A DNA stretch of 64,000 bases, taken from assembly GCA_964640225.1 (NCBI GenBank), contig CAZXFI010000001.1:119321-183320 (forward strand), read 5' to 3'. Positions within the stretch are counted from its first letter, which is position 1. The number at the start of each line of letters is the position of its first letter. This document shows positions 46,080 through 56,331 of this stretch, in pieces. The notes below the pieces were generated by a model. That model was not told the DNA's origin, searched no databases, and worked only from the letters and a program-made list of their open reading frames with translations. A program made the translations under genes and the position numbers. Source of the stretch: an uncultured archaeon. GTDB taxonomy: Archaea > Aenigmatarchaeota > Aenigmatarchaeia > PWEA01 > JAGHBM01.

Positions 46080-47207
46080 TTATTGTTTTATCAAGGATTT
46101 ATAGAAATCCCTTGTCTGCAGGGCTATATCGTCCCAGGTTATCCTTTTTGCCTCCTCCTTACAGTTGCTTGACATCTCGTCAAACAGGTCCCTGTAATTC
46201 AGAATCTCAAGAATCCTGCTCGCCATCTTCTCGGTGTCCCAGAAGTCCACCTTGAACACGTTGTTGATTACCTCTGCCACCCCGGAGGTCTTTGATATTA
46301 TGGTAGGGGTCCCCGCCGCCATCGCCTCCAGGGCCGTTATCCCGAAAGGCTCAAAAACAGAGGGCATCACGAAAACGTCGGCCCTTGCGTAAAGCCTTTT
46401 CATGTCCTCGTCCGAAACATAGCCCAGAAAAAAAACGTTGTTCTCTATGCCCAGGTCTATGGCCAGCTCCAGCAGCTCTCTGAACTTGTCTCCCTTGCCT
46501 GCTATGACAAACCTGGCATCCGGATGGTGTTCTACGACTATTTTTGCCGCCCTGAGGAGGTGGTCAACTCCCTTGTGGAGCGTCAGCCTGCCCAGGTAAA
46601 GTATCATGTCTTCCCCCGGCTTTAGCTTGACACCGCAGTCAAAGCCTGAGGCGTCTATCGCGTTGTATATTACCCTTATTTTTTTCGGGTCGGCCCCGTA
46701 TTTTTCTATAATCTGGTTTCTTATCCTGTTGCTTACCGCTATTATCCCGTCGGCCTCCTGTATGCCGTACCTCTCTATGTCCATTACCCAGGGGCACGGG
46801 TTGCCTATGGACCTGTCGTATTCCGTGGAATGAATCGTGAAAACAAGGGGTTTCCCGCTTTCCCTCTTGGCGCATATGCCTCCCAGCACCGTCAGCCAGT
46901 CGTGCGCGTGTATCAGGTCAAAATCGGTCTGCTTCGCCATCTTGCAGACCTCCCTTGCGTAGTTCTCCACGCTCTTTATGATTGAATCCGATATGACGGA
47001 GCTGGTGAAGGTGGTGTAGGGGCCGAAGCCAATGGAAACCCTTATTCTCTTTATGTTCATCCACGGGACTCCCAGCTCCCCCCTGTCGGGCATGAAAAAA
47101 ACGACCTTAACGTCTTCAGGCAGTTTTCTGGTTAGTTCGTACGTGTGCGTTCCCAGGCCTCCCGACATATAAGGAGGGAATTCCCACCCTATCATCAAGA
47201 TTTTCAT
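46080..47207 (-). CDS. GT4-family glycosyltransferase
   Basis: GT-B fold. N-terminal MKILMIGWEFPPYMSGGLGTH. The C-terminal E.(7)E region is present. Confidence 0.7.
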   Translation of the reverse strand: MKILMIGWEFPPYMSGGLGTHTYELTRKLPEDVKVVFFMPDRGELGVPWMNIKRIRVSIGFGPYTTFTSSVISDSIIKSVENYAREVCKMAKQTDFDLIHAHDWLTVLGGICAKRESGKPLVFTIHSTEYDRSIGNPCPWVMDIERYGIQEADGIIAVSNRIRNQIIEKYGADPKKIRVIYNAIDASGFDCGVKLKPGEDMILYLGRLTLHKGVDHLLRAAKIVVEHHPDARFVIAGKGDKFRELLELAIDLGIENNVFFLGYVSDEDMKRLYARADVFVMPSVFEPFGITALEAMAAGTPTIISKTSGVAEVINNVFKVDFWDTEKMASRILEILNYRDLFDEMSSNCKEEAKRITWDDIALQTRDFYKSLIKQ

Positions 47208-47309
47208 TTTATCACTGACTAACTACTTATTTAGGTCATAGAAAAATCCCTAAAACATATTAGTAATTGTATCCCGAATTTAAATCTTTTCCCCGGTCGT
47301 TTAAACGTT

Positions 47310-49331
47310 TCACAGCTCCATGAGAAGGGTGTAAGTTTTCTTGGGCTGCAAAACTATAACCCTGTCCTTCTTCTGCCTCCTGTTCAGGAAACATTTTTTG
47401 TAAATGTTGGGTATCTTGGCCTTCACCGGAAGGTTCTTTACCTTCAGCTCAATCTTGTTGTCTTTTCTGGCGTAGGACAGGCTCACCCTCTTGTTTCCTA
47501 TCTTTATTTTCCTGTCAAATTTTTTCAGATAGAACTTTGAAGGATCCAGTATGATTATTTTTTCGGTGAGCTTCGGCCTTATGCCCAGTACGTAGCTGTC
47601 CAGAATGGCCAGCATTCCTGCCATGGACCAGGCCTGGGAGGTGCACCCCCTTGGCCTGAGGTTGTCGGCATTGAATATCTCGTTTATCCCGTTCACGCAC
47701 TGTCTGCCGAAATTTGACATGTTTATTCTCAACAGCCTCTTCACGTTTTCAGTTTTTTCGTAGTTGCACTGGGCCAGGGCGGCAATCATGGTAAGGAACG
47801 GCCAGACGCAACCGGTGTGGTAGCCTCTGGGGTCGTGGCCCGCGTCTGAAGACGGGCGGGACATTATTCCCGCAGGAGTAAGGTAATCAGAACTGAGTAT
47901 GTCAAAGAGGTGCTTTGAAACGTCCCTGGACACGTGCATCAGGGCGAGCTGGAAAAGGAAGTTGGGAGAGGCGAAGTTTTTGCCCAGGTTATCCTTGGGC
48001 ACCGGACCCCAGTATTTCTTTTCTATCTCCTCAAGCATTCGGGAGCTTGTTCTGAAATACTCGCCGGCGTTCTCGTTGTTCGTATGAAGCATCATCCCCC
48101 CGCAATAGAAAGCCCTGCACCACAGGGCCTGGAGGTCTATGGCCTTGTCCCTCTTCACGCTGTCCATCCATGTGTGGCCCTGGTCCGTGACCAGGTTGTC
48201 CTGCAACCTTGACTTGCCGTAATTCAGAACCTCCTTAACCTTTTCAAGCATCTCTTTCCCGAATTTTTCGTCCCCTGTGAAGTCCAGATAATCGTAAAGC
48301 GATATTATCCACAGGGGGGAAGCGTCCGCGGAATCGTAAAAATAGGCCTTTGAGTTTATAAGTCCCGGAGCCTTTCCCTCCTCTATCTTTTTTCCCACCT
48401 CGCGGAGGAATTTTTTAACATGGCCGAACATGCCCAGGTAAAGGTAGGCAGGGACACACCAGCATGCGTCCCTTACCCAAACCTCGTTGAAAAAGGGGTA
48501 ACCTGCTATAAATCCTTTTTCGGATTCAAAAGTCATGAGGCAGCTTATCATCCTGTCAAGGCTTTCCGAGTAACGGGAATCCCTGTACTGGCTCCTGAGC
48601 CTCTTGAAGTCCCTCTCAGATTTTTTCACCCATTCCGTGTATTTCCTGTAGCCCTTTATCTTTTTTTCCGAAAAAAAGAAGGGAACCTCCTTTTCCTCGC
48701 CGGGCTTCAAATCTATTTCCACCCAGTACTCCCCGGGCACGTATTTTGACTGCATTTCCTCGTTCCAGCTCCCCTTGAGGCCGGGTTTGGTCAGGTAGCC
48801 GCAGCTTTCGGCGTAAATCCCTGGGTTGTGCTCCCCGTAACATTCTTTCTTAGCGAATTCCCCTTTTGGAGCCAGGAAGTACAGGCTCCCTATCTCGTTC
48901 TCTATCTCAACCATGCTTCTGTGCGTCTTTACCGAGTATTCGTAACCGTGCCTGTTGGTGTCCCTGTGCCTTATGTTCACCCCCACTTCCAGGTCTATCC
49001 TTGCGCGGGTCCGGGACTGCGAGTTGTTCCTTACCTTCAGGAGGCTGACGAATATGTCCTTACACGGCACGACTTCCTCCGTTATCACAAGGTCTCCCGT
49101 CCTGTGCCTGTGGTTGGCGCACCAGAGCTTGTGCTCAAACTCAAAGCAGTTGTGCATAGAGAGCCACTCCCCGTTTATCCTGTAGGCCCAGTAGTCCAGA
49201 AGCTTCCTGTCAAAGTTCCAGAGACCTGCCCATTTTGACCCGAAGTTCGTGTTAACGAACCTGAAGAGATGCAGGCCTCCGTTGCAAAGAACGTAATTCT
49301 TGAAAAAGTTTTTCTTCGGGTTCACAATCAT
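47310..49331 (-). CDS. Glycogen-debranching-enzyme-like (GDE_C / six-hairpin glycosidase) protein
   Basis: 673 aa. The C-terminal region resembles amylo-alpha-1,6-glucosidase-type (alpha/alpha)6 domains. It lies in the glycogen gene cluster. Confidence 0.55.
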   Translation of the reverse strand: MIVNPKKNFFKNYVLCNGGLHLFRFVNTNFGSKWAGLWNFDRKLLDYWAYRINGEWLSMHNCFEFEHKLWCANHRHRTGDLVITEEVVPCKDIFVSLLKVRNNSQSRTRARIDLEVGVNIRHRDTNRHGYEYSVKTHRSMVEIENEIGSLYFLAPKGEFAKKECYGEHNPGIYAESCGYLTKPGLKGSWNEEMQSKYVPGEYWVEIDLKPGEEKEVPFFFSEKKIKGYRKYTEWVKKSERDFKRLRSQYRDSRYSESLDRMISCLMTFESEKGFIAGYPFFNEVWVRDACWCVPAYLYLGMFGHVKKFLREVGKKIEEGKAPGLINSKAYFYDSADASPLWIISLYDYLDFTGDEKFGKEMLEKVKEVLNYGKSRLQDNLVTDQGHTWMDSVKRDKAIDLQALWCRAFYCGGMMLHTNNENAGEYFRTSSRMLEEIEKKYWGPVPKDNLGKNFASPNFLFQLALMHVSRDVSKHLFDILSSDYLTPAGIMSRPSSDAGHDPRGYHTGCVWPFLTMIAALAQCNYEKTENVKRLLRINMSNFGRQCVNGINEIFNADNLRPRGCTSQAWSMAGMLAILDSYVLGIRPKLTEKIIILDPSKFYLKKFDRKIKIGNKRVSLSYARKDNKIELKVKNLPVKAKIPNIYKKCFLNRRQKKDRVIVLQPKKTYTLLMEL

Positions 49332-49369
49332 GGTTAAGTTTAAGAGAAGGGAATATAAATTAATTCCAC

Positions 49370-50215
49370 TTATAAGCGGGCCGCCCCGTAAAGCTCCGCG
49401 TCCTCTTCCGCGACAAGTATTTTCGGGGGCCTGACTATCACCCTTGACTTCATCTCGTCCCGCGCGGGCCTTGTCAGAAGTGAGCCGCTCCTGCTTATCT
49501 TACCGGAAAGGAATATCGCATCGGGGTCCAGAATGTTTGATATGCTGGCCAGCCCGGTTCCTAGGTATGACCCCGCCTCCCGGTAAACTCTTATTGCCTT
49601 TTTGTTTCCCTTCCTTGCCATGGCCTCTGTTTCTTTGGGGCCCAGCCTTTTCCCGAGATATTTTTTTGCAAGCCTTTCAAATCCTCTTGAAGAGACGTAC
49701 TCCTCCAGGCAACCCCTGTTTCCGCAATGGCACCTGAAGCCGTTTTTTTCTATAACTACGTGGCCCATTTCCCCCGCGTTTCCCTTTCCCCGGTAAATTT
49801 TTCCGTCTGTTACCACGGCCCCGCCCACCCCGGTTCCCAGGGTGAGCAGAACGAAATTTTTGAACTCTGAATTCCTTGCGACATCCAGGGCGGCGCAGTT
49901 GGCGTCGTTTTCCAGGCAAACTTCTGTCCTGAACTCCTTTTCCAGTATTCTTTTCAGCGGCAGGTTCTTCCAAGGCACGTTGGGAGGGTTCAAAACAATT
50001 CCCTTTTTCCTGTCAACAGGTCCCGGAACCCCCACGCCTATCTTGCCTATTTTTTTGTCCGAATAAACCTCGCTTACAATCCGGATTATGTTGTCCAGCA
50101 TGAATTTTTTGCCTTTCCCGGCACAGGTCGGCACCTCTGTCCTTCTGGCAATCCTGTTATCCCTGAAAAGGGCGCACTTGGTGTTCGTGCCGCCGATAAC
50201 GAGTGCTATCCTCAT
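49370..50215 (-). CDS. ROK-family glucokinase
   Basis: CHCGNRGCLE Zn motif and an N-terminal ATP-binding MRIALVIGGTNTKCALF. Confidence 0.8.
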   Translation of the reverse strand: MRIALVIGGTNTKCALFRDNRIARRTEVPTCAGKGKKFMLDNIIRIVSEVYSDKKIGKIGVGVPGPVDRKKGIVLNPPNVPWKNLPLKRILEKEFRTEVCLENDANCAALDVARNSEFKNFVLLTLGTGVGGAVVTDGKIYRGKGNAGEMGHVVIEKNGFRCHCGNRGCLEEYVSSRGFERLAKKYLGKRLGPKETEAMARKGNKKAIRVYREAGSYLGTGLASISNILDPDAIFLSGKISRSGSLLTRPARDEMKSRVIVRPPKILVAEEDAELYGAARL

Positions 50216-50219
50216 TCGT

Positions 50220-51170
50220 TCACTTTCCGCGCTTAAGGCCGTCCTTTATTATTCTTATGTTCTTGGTTTCCGCGGGGTCAACCGCCCTCATATTGGCCAG
50301 GTAATAGCTTACAATATCCCCCAGGTAGATTACATAGAAAAGCCTTGCAAGCAGGCCCCTGCCCCTTGCCTTCACTTCCATAAGCTCTATTTCCCTGGAG
50401 AGGATTTTCCTTGCAAGCTTCATATGAAGCTTTATTCTGGGGTGAACCCTGTTGTCCGTAACTATTACAGCGAATATGTCCTTGTTGTCGCGGAAGTCGC
50501 TGACTATCTCGTTGTGGTTCATCTCGGTGAAGCAGTTGTAGTGAGCGAACTTCTTGCTGTTCTCGTTCAGCTGGGTCTGCCACCTGTAGAGAGAGCACCT
50601 GTACTTTTCCGGGCCGTAAAGCACGGGAGTCCTCCTGAAGAACTTTTTCGCGATTTCCCGGGCCAGGGCGGAATCAAAGGACTTTATGATGCGGGAAACT
50701 TCCCTTACCTCACTTTCCTTGTTTTTCACTATGCCGTTGTCCTGAAGTACCTTCAGTATCGGGAAAAAAAGGTACGGAAGGGCCACCCTTGGAAGAATTC
50801 CCTCGGGTACCTTTATTACGGGGAGTTTTTTCCTGGAAAATTTCCCGCCCGAGGTGACAAGCACCACCTGGCACCCTCTTTTCCTTGCGTCACCGAGCAT
50901 GTGCAGGCTCTCCTCCGTGTTGCCCGAGTAGGAAATCATGAAAACAAGCGTTTTTTTGTCCACGAAGCAGGGCATCTTGAAATCCCTTACCACGAACACG
51001 GGCATTTTTATCTCGTCTTCCAGGTAATTGCGCAGTATGTCGCCGGATATAGCGGAGCCCCCCATTCCGCCCACGACTATCCTGTTTATCCCTTTTTTAA
51101 GTTTTATCTTCGGGGCAAGAGCAAACGCTTTTTTCACGTGGTCCGGATATTCCTTTACAAAATCCAGCAT
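50220..51170 (-). CDS. Bifunctional phosphoglucose/phosphomannose isomerase (SIS domain)
   Basis: VVGGMGGSAISGD and the SIS-fold pattern. 316 aa. Confidence 0.7.
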   Translation of the reverse strand: MLDFVKEYPDHVKKAFALAPKIKLKKGINRIVVGGMGGSAISGDILRNYLEDEIKMPVFVVRDFKMPCFVDKKTLVFMISYSGNTEESLHMLGDARKRGCQVVLVTSGGKFSRKKLPVIKVPEGILPRVALPYLFFPILKVLQDNGIVKNKESEVREVSRIIKSFDSALAREIAKKFFRRTPVLYGPEKYRCSLYRWQTQLNENSKKFAHYNCFTEMNHNEIVSDFRDNKDIFAVIVTDNRVHPRIKLHMKLARKILSREIELMEVKARGRGLLARLFYVIYLGDIVSYYLANMRAVDPAETKNIRIIKDGLKRGK

Positions 51171-51215
51171 TTTTTAGCCTCAATTTTATATACTAACTTC
51201 TATATTAAAAAAACT

Positions 51216-51977
51216 ATGGAGTATTTTAACCTTAAAGGCAAGTTGGCTATCGTCACCGGAGGCAGCAGGGGACTGGGAAAAGCGATGGCTATGGGACTCG
51301 CCGAATGCGGAGCCAGCATAGTCATAGCCGATGTCATTGAGCAGGAATCGCGGCAGGCAGTTGATGAAATAAAGAAGCTCCAGGCAGACGCCATTTTTGT
51401 GAAAACGGACGTGTCCAGGAAAGAAGAGGTTGACAACCTGGTGCAAAAGGCAATGGAGGCCTACGGCAAGATAGACATTCTCGTGAACAACGCGGGGATA
51501 CTGAGAACAAGCCCCGCCGAGGAAACAGGAGAGAAGGAATGGGACCTTGTAATCGGCGTTAACCTCAAGGGGCAATTCCTCTGCGCCCAGGCTGTGGGAA
51601 AAGAAATGATAAAGAAGGGTTCCGGAAAAATAATAAACATCGCGTCCATAGCGGGCAAGTCGGCTTTCAACCAGAGTCTTTGTTACAACGTAAGCAAGGC
51701 CGGAGTGATAATGCTCACCAAAACCCTTGCCTTTGAATGGGGAAAGTACAAGGTGCAGGTGAACGCAATCGCTCCGGGCGTATTCAAAACGCCGATGACG
51801 AAGGGCATGCTTGAAAGCGATACAATGCAGCAAATGATAAAGGGCTTGGTGCCCCTGGGAAGGTACGGCGAGCCAAAAGAGCTCGTAAGCACCGTGCTTT
51901 ACCTGGCTTCCGACGCCTCCAGTTACATTACGGGGGAAACAATAACCGTGGACGGTGGCTGGACTTGTCATCTGTGA
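51216..51977 (+). CDS. Short-chain dehydrogenase/reductase
   Basis: TGGSRGLGKA, NNAG, and S...Y..SK. The track ORF (50088) is an upstream read-through. The true ATG is at 51216, and a TATA-like TTTATATACT lies about 25 nt upstream. Confidence 0.8.
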   Translation: MEYFNLKGKLAIVTGGSRGLGKAMAMGLAECGASIVIADVIEQESRQAVDEIKKLQADAIFVKTDVSRKEEVDNLVQKAMEAYGKIDILVNNAGILRTSPAEETGEKEWDLVIGVNLKGQFLCAQAVGKEMIKKGSGKIINIASIAGKSAFNQSLCYNVSKAGVIMLTKTLAFEWGKYKVQVNAIAPGVFKTPMTKGMLESDTMQQMIKGLVPLGRYGEPKELVSTVLYLASDASSYITGETITVDGGWTCHL

Positions 51978-52777
51978 TAACAAGGGACATCCTGAAGAAA
52001 GTTTACCCGCAAAGGAAAGTGGATGCCCACAAGTACCAGTTCGGCTCGCTCCTTGTGATAGGGGGAAGCAGGCTTTACCACGGCTCCCCGCTTTTCAATT
52101 CTTTAGGCGCATACAAATCCGGGGTGGATCTGGTGATAACGCTTGCACCGGAAAGGGTGGCCAACCTCGTGGCGTCTTACGGCCCTGACCTCATTGCCTA
52201 CCCGCTGCCCGGGGATTATATTGAGGAAAAACATCTGAAGGTAATGGAAGAATTCTTGGAAAAATGCACGGCGGTGGTGATAGGAGGGGGGCTGTGCAGG
52301 GAGAAGAAAACACTGGAAGCGGTCAGAAAATTTCTCGGCAAAACAAAAAAGCCCGCTGTAATAGACGCCGACGCGCTTCATGCGTTAAGGCCGTCCGGCA
52401 TAAAAAGCAACTTCGTGCTTACCCCTCACGCGGGGGAGTTTAGTAAACTTTTCGGCAAGGAGGCCACAAGGAAAAACGTGGAAAAAATGGCCAAGAAACA
52501 CAAGTGCGTGATACTTCTTACCCATTCAAAGGACGTAATATCTGACGGAAAGGAGACGCTGGAAAACTGGACTGGAAACCCCTACATGACCGTCGGGGGA
52601 ACCGGGGACATACTGGCGGGAATATGCGGCTCTCTCCTGGCCCAGGGCGTTCCTCCCATGGAAGCGGCCTGCGCGGCGGCCTACATAAACGGCAGGGCGG
52701 GCGACCTGGCAGCCCGCGTGAAAAGGCACGCACTCATGGCTTCCGACGTCCTGGGCTACATAGAAAAAGTTATCTAA
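51965..52777 (+). CDS. ADP/ATP-dependent NAD(P)H-hydrate dehydratase (YjeF C-terminal / Nnr2)
   Basis: YjeF_C motifs (KYQFGSLLVIGGS, GTGDILAG). The start is probably the GTG at 51974, which overlaps the SDR stop (GTGA). Confidence 0.75.
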   Translation: MSSVITRDILKKVYPQRKVDAHKYQFGSLLVIGGSRLYHGSPLFNSLGAYKSGVDLVITLAPERVANLVASYGPDLIAYPLPGDYIEEKHLKVMEEFLEKCTAVVIGGGLCREKKTLEAVRKFLGKTKKPAVIDADALHALRPSGIKSNFVLTPHAGEFSKLFGKEATRKNVEKMAKKHKCVILLTHSKDVISDGKETLENWTGNPYMTVGGTGDILAGICGSLLAQGVPPMEAACAAAYINGRAGDLAARVKRHALMASDVLGYIEKVI

Positions 52778-53418
52778 ACGCTTGCCAGCTGGTTTATTAT
52801 TTTCTCCGGGTTCTTGGACTTAACTATGGACGAGGACACCACCACTCCCTCGGCTCCGAGCTCTTTGGCCATGGCCACGTCCTCTTTTTTGGAAATACCC
52901 GCGCCACAAAGAAGCTTTATGCCCGAGCCCTTCATTCTTTTCACGAAGTCCCTCAGCTCGTCAGGCTTTTCCCTGGATATGGGCTTGCCCGTGCCTATCA
53001 GCTCCGGTATCTCGTAAGCGATGTAATCCGGCCTGTAGTTTTTCAGGTCCACGGCCTCCGAAATTTCCGAGACGAACACCAGAGTCTTAAGACCCGCCAT
53101 CTTGCACAGGTTTACCGCGTTCTCCACTTCCCATGATTTCATCGGGTGCTCGGAATGGTTGAGCATCACTCCGGAAGCCCCGGCGGCCCTGACGCTCTCC
53201 GGGGTTATGAAGCCCGTGTTCCTTCCCGCCTCCACGGGGTCAGCGTGCTGCGCGAAAACAGGCACATCCAGGGAAGAAACTTTTCTTATGTCCGCGGACT
53301 GCACGGCTATGACTATGTCTTTTCCGGACTTTCTTGCCTTTTCGTGAATCTCGGCCAGCTTAAGCGCCCTGGCCCCGGTCGCCTCGGGGTATGTCTTGAA
53401 ATTTGTCACGAGAATCAT
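52774..53418 (-). CDS. tpiA: Triosephosphate isomerase (archaeal short form)
   Basis: MILVTNFKTYPEATG. 214 aa from the internal Met. A 4-nt overlap with the fba start supports this start. Confidence 0.8.
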   Translation of the reverse strand: MILVTNFKTYPEATGARALKLAEIHEKARKSGKDIVIAVQSADIRKVSSLDVPVFAQHADPVEAGRNTGFITPESVRAAGASGVMLNHSEHPMKSWEVENAVNLCKMAGLKTLVFVSEISEAVDLKNYRPDYIAYEIPELIGTGKPISREKPDELRDFVKRMKGSGIKLLCGAGISKKEDVAMAKELGAEGVVVSSSIVKSKNPEKIINQLASV

Positions 53419-54185
53419 AATTCCTTCACCGCCTCCCCATAGGTGGCCCCCCTGAATATTACTTTTTTCAGGGCCCTGGCCAGTTTTAAAGGGTTTTTGC
53501 TCTGCCATACGTTCCTTCCTATGGCAAGCCCGGCGCACCCGCACTTCATTATATCGCACGTATCCTTAAGCAGCTTTTTCTGGTCCTTCTTCATGCCTCC
53601 CGCAATCACGACCTTTGCCTTTCCCGCAGACCTGACCACCCACTTCAAGTCTGTGGGGTTTCCGTTGTACTTGATTTTTATTATATCCGCCCCCAGCTCC
53701 AGCCCAACCCTTGACGCATAGGCTAGACTTTCCCGGGACAGCTCGTTCTTCACGGCCTTCCCCCTGGGGTACATCCAAGCTACTACCGGAAGGCCTCTGG
53801 CGTGGGCCTCCTCCTCTATCCTGCCGAACTCCCTGAACATTTTCTGCTCGTGCTGGGAGCCCACGTATATTGTATAGCCTACCGCTGCTGCGCCAAGTTT
53901 TATTGCCTCCCTGACGGAGCATACCTGGGAAGAAAGCGGGTCGCCTTTTACGAGGTTTGTTCTTCCGTTAAGCTTGGCTATCAGGGGCACGCCTTTTCTG
54001 TAATACTTCTCCGCCACGCCCTTCTGGAATATCACTCCTGAAAAACTTCCTTTTTTCGCCAAATCCATTATATAGGCAGGGTCCACGTTCCTGTCGTTGA
54101 AGTCCGCGGGGCCGTGCTCCATTCCCTGGTCGTATGCCAGGAAGATCGCCTTGCCTTTGGTCATTATCTTTCCCAGTTCTGTCAT
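53415..54185 (-). CDS. Class I fructose-bisphosphate aldolase (archaeal DhnA/FbaB type)
   Basis: 256 aa TIM barrel matching the DhnA-type aldolase pattern. It lies in the gap-pgk-tpi operon. Confidence 0.7.
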   Translation of the reverse strand: MTELGKIMTKGKAIFLAYDQGMEHGPADFNDRNVDPAYIMDLAKKGSFSGVIFQKGVAEKYYRKGVPLIAKLNGRTNLVKGDPLSSQVCSVREAIKLGAAAVGYTIYVGSQHEQKMFREFGRIEEEAHARGLPVVAWMYPRGKAVKNELSRESLAYASRVGLELGADIIKIKYNGNPTDLKWVVRSAGKAKVVIAGGMKKDQKKLLKDTCDIMKCGCAGLAIGRNVWQSKNPLKLARALKKVIFRGATYGEAVKEL

Positions 54186-55147
54186 AAGAACGCCTCCACC
54201 TTTACTTTGGCGGGCCTTGTTTTTATTTTTTTCAGGGCCTCCCTGTAAGTCAGGAGCTTGTTTTTTGCCCCGTGATGCATGACAACGGACTCCGCGTTGG
54301 CCAGGGCAACTTTCATCGCAAACTCAACGTCATTCTTCTTCATCAGCCCAGCCAGGAAAGCCGAGGCAAAGGCGTCGCCCGCCCCTGTCCTTTCCTTTAT
54401 CCTTATTCTGTGGGGCTTCATGGAATAGAATTTTTCCCCGTCGCAGGCGTAATCCCCGTGAGGCCCGTCCGTGATGCATACCAGCGAAGGCCCCATTTTT
54501 CTCACTTCTTTGGCCTGCCTCCTTACGTCCAATTTTCCCGTGAGAAGCCGGGCCTCCCTCCTGTTGAAGACAAGAACGTCAGTCCTCCCGAGTATGTAAC
54601 CTATGTCGCTCCTTTTTATCTGGTACTCACTGGGATTGTAGGCCAGCTTTATCCTTTTTTTCCTTGCGTGCTCCGCGAGTTTTTTCTGTGCCTGGAAGGA
54701 CCTGTCCATAAGGGAGGAGAAATAAAGCCACTTTGTCCTGATTTTATTCTTTTTTATCTCCTTGAAATCAAGGTGATTGCTCACGCCCTTGTAAGTGAGT
54801 ATTGTCCTGTCATGACCCCTGCTGTCCAGAACCACTGAATAAGCCGTGAAGTCCTCCTTTCCCCTAGCTCCTATGAAGTCCACTTTCTCCCTTTTCAGGG
54901 ACTCCAGTATCCTTCTGGCGCTGTCGTCCGTGCCCATCTTCCCCAGATAGGCGGTTTTCAGTCCCAGCCTGGAAAATGAAACGGCTGTGTTGGTGCCTCC
55001 GCCTCCCGTCATGAAATCAAGCTTCTTTATGAGTATTTTGGAACCTGCCGGGTACGATATAAGTTTTTTCGTTCCGTCCACATCCGGCAGTTCCGTGTAA
55101 ACGAAAACGTCCAGGGTGGCGGAGCCCAGTGTTATCACGTCATACAT
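54182..55147 (-). CDS. PfkB-family carbohydrate kinase, putatively 6-phosphofructokinase
   Basis: ERTGAGDAF is the PfkB signature. It lies between pgk and fba. Confidence 0.7.
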   Translation of the reverse strand: MYDVITLGSATLDVFVYTELPDVDGTKKLISYPAGSKILIKKLDFMTGGGGTNTAVSFSRLGLKTAYLGKMGTDDSARRILESLKREKVDFIGARGKEDFTAYSVVLDSRGHDRTILTYKGVSNHLDFKEIKKNKIRTKWLYFSSLMDRSFQAQKKLAEHARKKRIKLAYNPSEYQIKRSDIGYILGRTDVLVFNRREARLLTGKLDVRRQAKEVRKMGPSLVCITDGPHGDYACDGEKFYSMKPHRIRIKERTGAGDAFASAFLAGLMKKNDVEFAMKVALANAESVVMHHGAKNKLLTYREALKKIKTRPAKVKVEAFL

Positions 55148-55149
55148 TT

Positions 55150-56304
55150 TTACACCTTCAAAACCTCAAGTCCGGGAAGCTTTTCCCCTGCAAGGTACGC
55201 TATCAGCGCCCCTCCGGCAAGGCTTATATGAGAAAATTTGTCTTTTTTCAAAGAAAAAGATTCTATCACGTGGGAGGAGTGCCCTCCGCCTATCAGAGAG
55301 AAACAACCGCTTTCTTCTATGGCCCTGAGCAGTCCCAGCGTGCCTTTTGAAAAATTCTTTTCCTCAAACTTTCCCGCGGGACCTTTGAAGAAGACTGCCT
55401 CGGTCTTTTTTATAAACCCGGTGTATTTTTTCACGGTCTTTTTTCCTATATCCAGTATTTCCTTTTCCACGGGCAATTCCTCTATTCCTATCTCTTTTCT
55501 CCCTTTGTCATCAATCGCAAGGTCAACCGGTGTCTCTATCCTTTCCGCGCGCTTCGCTATTTCATCTACAAGGCTTTCCTTATCTTTCAGCAGTTTGTCT
55601 TCCAGCCCCAGGATGTAGCCCCTGGCCTTCAGGCAGAGCAGGGAAAAAATCCCGGTGGACAGGACTTTCTCCGCCCTCCCGCTCTCAAGGAGAAGCAGGT
55701 TGTCCTCGGGCTTGGCCCCTCCAAGAATGTAAACCATTTTCCTGCTCCGCAGGTTTTCCAAGGCGGAAATCTCCCTTTCCATCAGCCTGCCTAAGCAGGA
55801 AGGCAGAACCAGGGGGAATCCCGTCACCGATGCATGGTCCCTGTGCGCCACGGAAAAAGCGTCGTTCACGAACAAATCAAAAAGAGGGGAAAGGGTTCTG
55901 ACTATAAGGTTGCTGGGGGAAGACTCAAACTCCTCCTCCATTGACCTCACATTCTTGAGCAGGATAACCTGTCCGGGCTTCATATTTCCTATTTCCTGGA
56001 GGGCTCTGTCTCCTGTTAAATCATCCACGTAACCGGTTTTCACGATTTTGGAAAGAAGCTTTGCATGCTGCTCCATGCTCTCAAGAAAATCGGATCCGGG
56101 CCTTCCCTGGTGGGCAACTGCAACCACTTTCGCTCCTTTCTCTGAAATTTTCTTCAGCGTCAGCGCATGTTGTTTTATCCTTTCGTTCATCTGCACCTTT
56201 CCGCCTGACAGCGGGGAATTGAGGTCAACCCTCACAAGAACTCTCTTTCCTTTAAGTTCAAAATCTTCCAGGGTGAGGAAGTTTCCTGTTTCGCTTTCAA
56301 GCAT
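55150..56304 (-). CDS. pgk: Phosphoglycerate kinase
   Basis: 384 aa. KRVLVRVDLNSP and a Gly-rich ATP-binding region. Confidence 0.9.
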   Translation of the reverse strand: MLESETGNFLTLEDFELKGKRVLVRVDLNSPLSGGKVQMNERIKQHALTLKKISEKGAKVVAVAHQGRPGSDFLESMEQHAKLLSKIVKTGYVDDLTGDRALQEIGNMKPGQVILLKNVRSMEEEFESSPSNLIVRTLSPLFDLFVNDAFSVAHRDHASVTGFPLVLPSCLGRLMEREISALENLRSRKMVYILGGAKPEDNLLLLESGRAEKVLSTGIFSLLCLKARGYILGLEDKLLKDKESLVDEIAKRAERIETPVDLAIDDKGRKEIGIEELPVEKEILDIGKKTVKKYTGFIKKTEAVFFKGPAGKFEEKNFSKGTLGLLRAIEESGCFSLIGGGHSSHVIESFSLKKDKFSHISLAGGALIAYLAGEKLPGLEVLKV

Positions 56305-56331
56305 ACAAAATAGAATTAGTCCGGGTCTAAT

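Noticed and set aside
50088-51977. 629-aa plus-strand ORF in the track
   Set aside because: The first 1.1 kb is antisense read-through across the PGI/PMI gene. Only the last 253 aa (from the ATG at 51216) form a real SDR, and a TATA box lies just upstream of that ATG.
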